Source of the DNA: Octopus vulgaris
Lineage: Eukaryota
Length of the DNA: 64,000 bases
Reading direction: 5' to 3'
NCBI GenBank assembly: GCA_951406725.2
Contig: OX597822.1
Location: forward strand, 35,216,001-35,280,000
Shown here: piece after piece, positions 53,284 through 64,000 of the stretch
Numbering within the stretch: the stretch's first letter is position 1
How the letters are laid out: each line of letters starts with the position of its first letter
The notes under the pieces: generated by a model
Database searches by the model: none
Told to the model about the DNA's origin: nothing
What the model saw: the letters and a program-made list of their open reading frames with translations, nothing else
Translations under genes and position numbers: made by a program

Positions 53284-53647
53284 CAGAGGGATGGGAGAAG
53301 AAGAAAGAGAGAGAGAGAGAGGGAGAAAGGTTATATGCATACTATGCAACGTATGTCCCTACTCAAATTTTTGTACTGGGACGAATTGAATTTTATTCAT
53401 TGAATAATAAATTTCATAGATCGATTATTATTCCCTTGAAGTGTTCAAAATTAGGCAATTATGTGCTTGTGCTAACATGGTATTGACCATGAGCCACGTC
53501 ATCCCTGTAAAGTAATATGTATTTTTGTCTTTTACCTTTGTCTGCCATATGAATGCGGCTATGCTGGGGTACCGTGTTGAAAGATTTAAGACGACGGTAT
53601 CAACTTTCAGTGTTCATTGTTAAAACTTGGTACTTGTTCTGTCGTTC

Positions 53648-53650
<3 letters not shown>

Positions 53651-53718
<68 letters not shown>

Positions 53719-53825
53719 CATACGTACATATATATATATACATACGTATATATATATATACATAGGTATATATATATACATATATATACATATATATATA
53801 TATATACATACGTATATATATATAC

Positions 53826-53862
<37 letters not shown>

Positions 53863-53868
53863 CATACG

Positions 53869-53900
<32 letters not shown>

Positions 53901-54449
53901 CGTATATATATACATACGTATATATATATATATATACATACGTATATATATATATATATATACATACGTATATATATATACATATATATATACATACGTA
54001 TATATATATATATATATACATACGTATATATATATATACATATATATATATATACATATATATATACATATATATATATATATACATATATATACATATA
54101 TATATATATATATACATATATATATACATATATATATATATATACATAGTACATATATATATACATATATATATATATACATAGTACATATATATATACA
54201 TATATATATACATACGTACATATATATATATATGCATATATATATACATACGTACATATATATATGCATATATATATATACATACGTACATATATATATA
54301 TGCATATATATATATATACATACGTACATATATATATATATATATACATACGTACATATATATATACATATACATACGTACATATATATATATATATATA
54401 TATACATACGTACATATATATATACATATACATACGTACATATGTATAT
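53651..54449. repeat. Compound (TA)n / TACATACGTA microsatellite, about 800 bp
   Basis: Direct reading; left flank of the LINE. Confidence 0.95.
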
Positions 54450-55922
54450 ATGGCTAACGGTAAACTGCCCAGGGCGCTAAAAGAAGGCACCATATACCCT
54501 ATCCACAAAGGAGGGAGTAGAGCAGAGGCCAAAAACTACAGGCCAGTCTCCCTGACGTCACACGTAAGTAAGGTCATGGAACGAATCATCAGAAAAAAAC
54601 TGATCACGTTCCTCGAAGAAACTACCCGTCTCACTGACACACAGCATGGCTTTCGCCCAGGAAGAAGCTGCCTTACGCAGCTGTTACAACACTACGACTG
54701 GGTACTGAAACAACTACTGGATCGCTCACAGGTGGATGTGGTATATCTCGACTTTGCGAAGGCCTTTGACAAAGTCGACCACGGAGTGATATGTCACAAA
54801 TTACTCAGACTCGGCATAACAGGAAATGTAGGTGAGTGGATACATGACTTCCTGAAGGACAGAAGCCAGATGGTTGCAGCCAATGGAGCCCTCTCGGGAA
54901 AGACACCAATAGCAAGCGGGGTGCCACAGGGCACAGTCTTGGGACCCTTGCTGTTTTTGGTGGCGCTCTCTGACATGCCCTTGGTAGCACAAACAACATC
55001 CCTCACTAGCTATGCTGATGACACAAAGGTAGCACAGGCAGTCAAAAACCCAGCTGATGCTGACCTTTTACAACAAGATCTGGATGCCATATACAAATGG
55101 GCTGAAGACAACAACATGCAATTTAATGCTGGTAAATTTCAAGCCTTACAATATCAAGCTGTAAACACATATACATTACAACACAACTATACTGGTCCAG
55201 GAGGGATCGAAATCCCAGTATCGAAATCAATACGGGACCTGGGGATAGACATGAGTGACGATGCATCTTTTTCTTCACACATCGCGAAGGTGGCGACAAT
55301 GTGCAGACGACTCACTGGCTGGATCCTGAGGACATTCCGGACAAGAGACTGCGAGACCATGTTGACACTATGGAGGACATTTGTCCTAAGCCGCCTGGAC
55401 TACTGCTCCCAACTGTGGTCACCGCATAGTGTCAAACTAACCACAGAGCTTGAGACAATCCAAAGACATTTCACCAAGAGGATTTCCACCATGAAAGAAA
55501 AGAACTATTGGGAGAGGCTTAGGGAACTCAATTTGTACTCCTTGGAACGAAGACGAGAGAGATATGCAGTGATATACATATGGAAAATCCTGGAGGGACT
55601 AGCACCAAATTTTGGAATTGAGAGCTGTTCCAATCCCCGTACAGGACGTCACTGTGTGGTGCCAAAGGTCCCGTCTTCCACATCCAGGGTAAGGAGCAGA
55701 TACTGTAATAGCCTGGGGTTCAGGGGCCCTCAGCTTTTCAACAAACTGCCAAGAAAACTAAGAGATCTACATGATGCGGATGTGGACATTTTCAAAAAAC
55801 ATCTAGACAAGCTGCTTTCCGGGATCCCAGATGAACCCACTGCAAGGTACGAAGGTAACCTAAGGGCAGCAGCTACAAACTCTCTCTTAGATCAGTGGCC
55901 AGCCACGGCAAACTGGACTTAG
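54450..55922 (+). CDS. Reverse transcriptase of a 5'-truncated CR1/L2-group non-LTR retrotransposon (uninterrupted frame, no endonuclease domain)
   Basis: [74 protein letters not shown]. The N-terminal extension in the ORF track (54264-54449) is microsatellite and the ATG is probably a junction artefact. Confidence 0.95.
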   Translation: MANGKLPRALKEGTIYPIHKGGSRAEAKNYRPVSLTSHVSKVMERIIRKKLITFLEETTRLTDTQHGFRPGRSCLTQLLQHYDWVLKQLLDRSQVDVVYLDFAKAFDKVDHGVICHKLLRLGITGNVGEWIHDFLKDRSQMVAANGALSGKTPIASGVPQGTVLGPLLFLVALSDMPLVAQTTSLTSYADDTKVAQAVKNPADADLLQQDLDAIYKWAEDNNMQFNAGKFQALQYQAVNTYTLQHNYTGPGGIEIPVSKSIRDLGIDMSDDASFSSHIAKVATMCRRLTGWILRTFRTRDCETMLTLWRTFVLSRLDYCSQLWSPHSVKLTTELETIQRHFTKRISTMKEKNYWERLRELNLYSLERRRERYAVIYIWKILEGLAPNFGIESCSNPRTGRHCVVPKVPSSTSRVRSRYCNSLGFRGPQLFNKLPRKLRDLHDADVDIFKKHLDKLLSGIPDEPTARYEGNLRAAATNSLLDQWPATANWT

Positions 55923-56006
55923 AGAGAGTAGCAACAAGGGCGGTGCCCCAGCATGGCCTCAGCCGGATGGCTGAAACAAGTAAAAGAGTAAAAGAGTAAA
56001 AGAGTA
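54451..56006 (+). mobile_element. Young 5'-truncated LINE with 3' stem-loop and (GTAAAAGA)n tail
   Basis: Intact frame, short 3' UTR, and tail GGCGGTGCCCCAGCATGGCCTCAGCCGGATGGCTGAAACAA(GTAAAAGA)3. Confidence 0.93.
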
Positions 56007-56037
56007 CATACGTACATATATATATACATATACATAC

Positions 56038-56092
<55 letters not shown>

Positions 56093-56111
56093 TATATATA
56101 TATATATATAA

Positions 56112-56164
<53 letters not shown>

Positions 56165-56169
56165 TACAT

Positions 56170-56406
<237 letters not shown>

Positions 56407-56417
56407 CATACATATAT

Positions 56418-56550
56418 ATCACGGGCTTCTTTCAGTTTTCGTCTACCAAATTCGCTCTCAAGGCTTTGTTTAGCTTGCGGCTCTAATAGAAAACATGTGC
56501 CAAAGACGCCACGCATTAGGGCTGAGCCTGAAACTATGTCGTTAGGAAAT
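56418..56550 (-). mobile_element. SINE family A head half; matching tail half at about 53530-53645
   Basis: ACGGGCTTCTTTCAGTTTTCGTCTACCAAA head segment; GCGGCTATGCTGGGGTACCG tail segment on the other side of the LINE, same orientation. Confidence 0.75.
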
Positions 56551-56562
56551 AAATCTCGTGTG

Positions 56563-56596
<34 letters not shown>

Positions 56597-56603
56597 AGTG
56601 TTT

Positions 56604-57790
56604 GAGGTTAGGCTGATATTAATATTAAAAATTAATCATAAGTTGTTTCTTTTTAAGTAAAGTCACATCTGACTGTTCGAAGAAGTTTTCAAAAGTAACT
56701 AGTAGCGACCTTTCTGGAAAGTACATAATATCTGTTATCGAGAACCTGCAGGAAAAGGGTTTAGCCCCCGGGAACATTTTTTATGGACATTGTTGCTACA
56801 ATAAAGAATTACGCTCCAGCTTTATCAATAGTAAAAAGTGAGCAGCTGAAGTTTAGGAGGGTACAGAGCCTTGAATTTAACCCAAAGTTTGGACGTCCTC
56901 TACTGCCACAACCGAGGAAAAAATCACCCGACATCCATCACTACATGATGATGGATGATAGGCGATTGACAATTAATGAAATAGCCAATGCTATTAGTAT
57001 AAAACGTGAGAGGGGTGAGAATATTCTGCACAATAAAATTGGTATGATGAAGGTTTCTGTTCGGTAGATTTCACGTCTGCGAAAACGCACCTGACTGAGA
57101 CCATCACAGGAAAATCTGACATTGTTTGAGGCAGCTCTAACTGGTTTGCTTTAACGTTTCTTAACTCAGGATGAGTGTTGGGTTCATCACCCTGTGTCCG
57201 AGACAGAGCGACAATCGATATAATGGAAATACTCCCTCTTCTCTGGCTTCAAAGAAGGCCAAGGACGTTTCATCTGGAGGGAAGATGATAGCCTCAGTGC
57301 TTTAGGATGCAAAAGGCGTTATGTTTATTGACTAACTTCAAAAGTGTCATACCATCACTGCAGAGTACTATACCAAAATGCTGAGGAAGCTACGAGACTA
57401 TCAAGATCAAACGCTCAGGAAAACTAAGGAAAAGGATCTTGATTCATCAGGAGGATATTCCAACACACAAGTCCTTGGTTTCAATAACTTCTGTACGTTA
57501 CTGTGGCCTTGGACTGGTTGATCACCGTCCCTATTCTCCTGATTTGGCCCCATCTGAGAATCATCTGTTACCTGAAGTCATTATTGCAGTGATGATGATG
57601 TCATATCTGCCATTTATGATATTTTTGACCAACAGCATAAAAGCTTCTTCAACAACTGGATCCAACCACGTCAGTACCGACGGAAGAAGTGTGTGGACCG
57701 CAAAGTAGCACTATGTTGAAAAATGAACCTCATTTGGTCACATTCCGTGAGAGTCTGTTGGTCATTCCCTGAACTTTTCAGCTGACCCTC
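56604..57790 (+). mobile_element. Near full-length decayed mariner
   Basis: DDRRLTINEIA, RFLTQDECWVHH, HQEDIPTH and VDHRPYSPDLAPSENHL; remnant TIRs GAGGTTAGGCTGA / TCAGCTGACCCTC. Confidence 0.9.
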
Positions 57791-58573
57791 TCATAATATT
57801 CAAGATTGTTGATTAATGAAGAATTTAGGTATGGAAGCTTCCTGTCTCTTGATGTGTGTCGCGTTTACATGACTTCTATAGTTGTTGAAGTCTTGCTTTG
57901 TAACTCATAATACAAGAATCTTTACTAAGATAATGTCAAGGAGTCGGAATAACAGATTGAAGAATTCTGTCATCAATTTTATTTAAATGCATGAATACAG
58001 ACATAGCTCGGTGCTTTAAAATTTCGCCTTGCAACTACCAGGTTTCGCATCCTCGTCTATACCTTGGTGTCTTAGTAAAGTATTGCCCTTCCTTCTTATC
58101 TGGCAATGTCATTAAAAAGAAAGAAAACTTTCGGTACCTTTTTGTTCCTATTTCTAAATGAAATGTGAAAGCTATGTCAAATATTTTAGAGTTTCGTTGA
58201 CTTTCATCACCACACGTAATTTAACAACGGAATTCATTCTCCCTTTGAAAGAATATGTCCCATTGCGACTTTTCATGGAAATTTTATCAAAACTCTGATA
58301 GAGTATAAAACAAAGGATAGATTGACTTTGTGAAATGTCTTCGCTATGAGCCAACGAAGGACCAGCTTGATGAGAGCTTCCTGGTACTAGAACAGCAATA
58401 TCTAAAATTTTTCGTCATAAAATTTCAAGTAGATTACAAATAGAAAACTATATTTCTCTGTAAGAATAGCAACATAAATAATGTGAACTGGCTCTAACCA
58501 AGAAGAGAATTATTTTACAGCCACGCCTTGGTGGTTAAGAAATTATTTCTTACTTAATATTATTGAGTATTTT

Positions 58574-58780
58574 AAGGTGGCGAGCCGGGAAAATCATTAA
58601 CACACCGGGCTAAATGCTTAGCGGGATTTTGTCCGTCTTCACTTTCTGATTTCAAATTCCTCCGAGGCTGACTCTGCCATTCATTCCCTCGGGGGTCTAT
58701 AAAATCACTCCCAGTCAAATAATGAGGTCCATGTAACCGACTTAACCCTCCCCTGAAATTGCTAAATCTGTACCAAAATT
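58574..58780 (+). mobile_element. SINE family D
   Basis: AAGGTGGCGAGCC...TTCAAATTCCTCCGAGGCTGACTCTGCCATTCATTCCCTCGGGGGTC. Confidence 0.8.
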
Positions 58781-58803
58781 TTCTAAGTGACAACTTAGCA
58801 ACT

Positions 58804-59051
58804 TAAATAATTTTAAACAAATTACGTTTAATGCTTGATGTATATACCTGTATATATATAAATATATTTAACGTTGTCAGTATTATGTATTTGTAAAGTT
58901 GCAGGGTCTTAAGTCTGGCTCTTAAATAATAAATAATTTTAAACAAATTAAGTTTAATGCTTAATGTATATATGTATAAATATATATAAGTATATTTAAC
59001 GTTATCAGTGTTGTGTATTGTAACGTTGCCGGGTCTTAAGTCTGGTTCTTA
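58804..59051. repeat. Tandem duplication, about 125-bp unit
   Basis: TAAATAATTTTAAACAAATTA...GGGTCTTAAGTCTGG occurs twice. Confidence 0.85.
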
Positions 59052-59522
59052 TGTATTTGTTAATTTGTCGATGTACTTTCTTTGCATGAGAACTTAAATG
59101 TATCCGCTATTAGCGCGTCTGATATATTTACAGTACGTTATAGATAGCACTGTTTCGAGATTTCTGCTGTAACAGATTTTCCTTTGTTGTTCAATGGGAG
59201 TGGTTAAGTAATGCTGTGATGAAGATGAAGATACCTATGAATCGACGTCTATTTCTTCATTTCGTTTGCTTTCGTTTCGCTTCTTTTCAAATTTCATTTC
59301 TTTTCTATTTATTTTTTTTCTGCTTTTGCTATTTCTTCCTTTACGTTCTTTGGCATTGATGTGGCAACGTTCTGTTTTTCTTTTACTGAGTGAGCAAGAT
59401 ATATTTCATAGAATGGTAATTCATTTTCAGATACGTTTACAGGCTGTTGTTTATACAACTGTTTGCTGCACACCACGTCTATATTAGCAGAGTTCGAAAT
59501 TATCTAATTTGTTCACCTTTCG

Positions 59523-59559
<37 letters not shown>

Positions 59560-60691
59560 TATATATATATATATATATATGAAAACGGGGTTGCTTATAA
59601 GATTTCCAATGCAATCTTTTCCTTGTCTTATTCCCATCAATAACATTATCGTCGATGTAGGAACTGATAGAGGCGTCAGATCACCTTATAAAATGCTTTG
59701 TGATATTTATCCTGGCTTTTTGCTCGTTGATTTTGGCTGCGACTAGCAACAGTTTAAACGGAATATTAGCAGTATCAATCTCGCAAGTCTTGGAGTGCAT
59801 GCAAAGACTATGGGCATTACTTTTTACGCCTGACAAAGCAAGTAATAAAAGAAAATTAAATATCTCCCACCGCAATCAAATTTCTATTTATTAATCTTCA
59901 GAAATACAGTTTCAACCAAGTACTGAAAACGGTGTCTTTCTCCTTGCATTCTCCTCTCTCTCTCCCTCAGCCCCTCTACCTCCTCCCACACATATTCTAT
60001 CCTTTCTCACACTGCTTTTCTCTCTTTCAGTGCTGGTGACGTTGCGCTACGCAAACAGTCGAAGGAAACACCCGTTTATTTTCTACAGAAATGGAAACGG
60101 ATTAAGCGAGGCCCAAGCATTTTCTTAAACAAACAAGCTAGCAAATAAATAAAAGCTGAAAGTACAACGGCCCGATGAGCGATGCGATGCACCGACCGGA
60201 AATAAAGAAGAATAAAGAGTAACATCCTGAATAAAAACAAACTTTCAGAATTCTACTTTTACCAATTAATTCTACTCTTATTTCTGTTGTTCTCATTATA
60301 TATAAAAAAAAAATTGAAGACATTCCATGAAGCTTAAATGGCCGTTAGGCTGCTAACAAAGTCTACATCTTCATGTTGTATAAAAGAACTTTTTAGAAGA
60401 TACGGAAGGTACATGAAATGAAAGGAGCCAAGTGCGAATTGAGCGTGAAGTTCATATTCATCTTAACATCGACGTATAACCATTATTTTTTCTTCAAAAT
60501 TCTTCAAGGAACAGTTGCTACGGTGAAGCGACTCTCACAAGAGTTTCTGTCGATTCATCGATATTGGTTTCAAACTTTGGCACAAGACCAGCAATCTCGG
60601 GAGAGGGGTAAATCGATTACCTCGACCCCCAGTGCTATCCGATATATTCAAGAATATTGGCGAATGCATTATTCACTGTTCTTTACATATT

Positions 60692-60725
<34 letters not shown>

Positions 60726-61450
60726 TGTGTGTGTATGTGTGTGTGTGTGTGTGTCTGTATGTGTGAGTGTAGTGGTGGGTTAAAGAGGTGCGCTAAAGGG
60801 AAAATGACTTCTCTTACAGCCTTGGTGTGTACAATGCTTTGTGAGCGAATTTGATAGGCAGACATTTTATGGGATTACATCGACTCCGTTTTTCCGTCCT
60901 TGTTTCGTATACATTCAAAGCTTTTTTCCAAGGAATCTAATGCTCTCAATTTAGTTTTTCCTTGGGGCTGACCAGATCGGAGCAATCTCAAGATTAATCA
61001 GCCGAAATTGCGAGGACATTCCGGTTCTTGACTGAAAATTAAAGGCTTCGAATGACCCGTCCGTGTTTTCTGTATCGTCCTCTGGATGTTTTGCATTCTT
61101 GTCCCATTTTGTATTTTTATATATATATATATATAGATATAGATATATAGGTAGATAGAGAGATGGGGGAGACTCAGACAGACAGACAGTCAGAGAGAGA
61201 AAGAAAGAAAGATGCGTGTGCATGAAAAATGCTTGTATGAGAGAGAGAGAGAATGAGAGAGAGAGAGAGTGAGAGAGAGAGGAGGAGGAAGAGGAGGATG
61301 CGTGCGTGAGAGTGTTTGCGATTCCGTTTGTGTGCGTGACTTCTCGATTGTCTACTCACCGCTTGACATCTGGGTCACTAGTATACGCCACCGTAAATAG
61401 TTGTTCGGCAAATAAGTCAAAAGAATTTAGCGCTAGGCTTAAAAATCTAC

Positions 61451-61517
<67 letters not shown>

Positions 61518-61685
61518 TATAAACAGATTTTGGAATGCTCCACCGTATTGGTATTTTACTGACAAGAAAGTAAATTCCGAACGCAGTATGGGTGTGAGGT
61601 CTGCAGAGAAAAATTGGGTATTTACGCTTATAGGACGGAAAAAATTGCCAGCAGACAGCTAGGGGAATCGAACTCTGTACTCCTC

Positions 61686-61750
<65 letters not shown>

Positions 61751-61754
<4 letters not shown>

Positions 61755-61865
61755 CGAGTTAGAAAAGATCTAATGGATGCTGATTAATTTATTATGTGAA
61801 CATGTTTAATTAATTAACAAATTAATTTGTATCCATCAGATCTCTTTTATTTTCTAACTCGATAA
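61751..61865. repeat. Small foldback abutting (TA)n
   Basis: TTATCGAGTTAGAAA..AGATCT.ATGGAT is inverted at about 61819-61865. Confidence 0.75.
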
Positions 61866-62123
61866 AAATATTTGGTATTTTACGATATTTCATATAATAA
61901 CAAAGCAAATTGTAATATGAAATAGTTTATAATATTTGAGCATAGGAAATATTAGCAAAGCACATACTCTGAAAATTAAGATTTTGAAATTCTTTAAAAC
62001 CCCACTATTATCTGTAGGGGATGGATTAATACATAAATATGTGTATGCACGCATGTTCATAATGATTACGCACGCAAAATAATGGTGAAGCACATCGCTA
62101 TCTATATTTGTGTGTATGTAAGC

Positions 62124-62167
<44 letters not shown>

Positions 62168-62417
62168 GCCTACATGCACACAAATATAGACAGCGATGTG
62201 CAAATTTAGGGTGAATACTTGATAAGTGTAAGCACCTGTATACGCCAGATAGTGGCAGAAGTGAGAGAGAATATATCAAACAGAATCAAAAACAGAACAC
62301 AAAGGATATCGCGGTACACGTGTTTCAAGCTTTATAAACGACCTGTTCTTACATCAGTGTATAATAGATATAAAAGATGGTTTAAAGCGCTCTTCAGCCG
62401 CATACATTGTTATTCCA

Positions 62418-62453
<36 letters not shown>

Positions 62454-62829
62454 TGTATGTATGTATGTATGTATGTATATCTGGTGCAATCGGTTAGCAC
62501 ATTCGGCTGTTAACCAAAAGTTTAGTAGTTCATATCCACCAATGGACGTTGGTTCCATTTTTAAACGGCGATGGATCGGCATGGCCGCAGCTCTGAGCTG
62601 AAACTACTGAAACAAAAAAATATGTGTGTGTGTATACAAGATGGACTCTCCCGTCGAAGACGACGTATAAGCGTTCAGCTTTTGCCAAACGCCCTTCTCA
62701 AATTATTTGTTTATATTGATTAAATGTTTGTACCGCATATTAGCTCACTCTCATCATCACGTCGTTGTTGCCTGAACATCGTCCTGCGCCAAGTGTCGAG
62801 TTATATATGTATATACATATACATATATA

Positions 62830-62985
62830 ACAGGGGCTTTTTTTTAGTTTCCGTCTACGAAATCTATTCACAAGGGTTTAGTCGGCCCGAGGCTATAGTA
62901 GAAGAGACTTGCCCAAGGTGCCATGCAGTGGGACTGAACCCGCAACCATGTGGTTGGTAAGCAAGTTACTTACCACATAGCCACA
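62830..62985 (-). mobile_element. SINE family A head fragment
   Basis: Matches the head of the full copies. Confidence 0.85.
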
Positions 62986-63035
<50 letters not shown>

Positions 63036-63093
63036 GCATATGCACCTATATATATATGTGTGTATGCAGATATGTGTATGTGTATACATATAG

Positions 63094-63138
<45 letters not shown>

Positions 63139-64000
63139 TCATGTGTGTGTTTGTATGTGTGTGTGTGTGTGTGTTTGTTCCTGTGTGTTCGTGTGTGTTC
63201 CGGTTATATCTCTAAATCTTATCTCATTTACTATCTTCTGCGCATGGAAACCTTTAATATGTTGTAGCTGAAAGTGAATTGTTCAATGACTTCACTATTT
63301 GAATTTATCTAACGACACCTGAGTGTTTAAATATCTAATATAAGCAAGGGAAAGAAATATTTTCTCGATGATATTAATCCAACAACAGGATATCTGATCT
63401 TAAGATGTAACATCTTTCTTTGCATATCAGCAAAATTTTAAACGCATATACTGATGTAAGCAAATGTCAATGCGTTGTCAAGTTTATTTTTCTCTATGAA
63501 TATATGCATACATATACATTCGTAAATACATACACACACACACAAACACGCACACACCCACACACATATATAGTTGAACGTATATGAATTATAAAATAAA
63601 TTCATGTATAGATCTCATACTATTATCTCTAACGTAGATTTATTTATTCATGTTTTTAACTGGAATTCGTGCATTCTTTATTCAAGTCACAATTCTTGTA
63701 TCTCCTAGGAAATATAGTAAATATATATGATGATATGATGGTAATATCTGATTAACATCAACCCCAAATAAAACAATATGGGATAAATATTCTCATAGAT
63801 AAAGAATATAGCTATATTACGATACCACATGCACCTCCGTACAGATATACAAGATTATTTAGTTTAAAAATGAAACGGGATGTATCTTGTTAATGAAATG
63901 GTATCATAAGGTTAATTCAGTTTTGAATTATATAATAAGATGTGAATATTTGAGTTGATTAACTCTATGCTTTTGTGATACGTCAATCAGCTACATGATG

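Larger units (their letters stand above)
57815..59870 (-). mobile_element. Highly decayed hATm-like transposase relic, interrupted by younger repeats
   Basis: Ordered minus-strand pieces R*SDASIS, ELPFYEIYL, CNISD, IAVLVPGSSHQA, FHLE, LMTLPD, P*H, KRDTH and IPKF match my recollection of hATm motifs. Confidence 0.45.

Overview
AT-rich eukaryotic, repeat-saturated DNA. It is very probably octopus or another coleoid cephalopod, inferred from the tRNA-derived SINE families and microsatellite spectrum and not checked against a database. No host protein-coding gene could be called with confidence, and nearly all entries in the ORF track are microsatellite read-throughs. The real coding signal is all transposon-derived: one intact 5'-truncated CR1/L2-group LINE RT ORF (54450-55922), a disrupted Penelope-like element (about 15295-17748), several RTE LINE relics, four mariner relics, Tc1-, maT-, Harbinger- and hATm-like relics, and a non-autonomous Helitron. 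At least four SINE head types are present and they exchange 3' tails. The most notable structure is a population of small, microsatellite-flanked elements carrying type I hammerhead ribozyme motifs, many arranged as foldbacks. One foldback has two intact-looking ribozymes and a loop that is an exact 90-bp copy of neighbouring DNA. The intact LINE also shares a covarying 3' stem-loop with the dominant SINE and sits inside a copy of that SINE. All calls were made by eye; coordinates of decayed elements are approximate.
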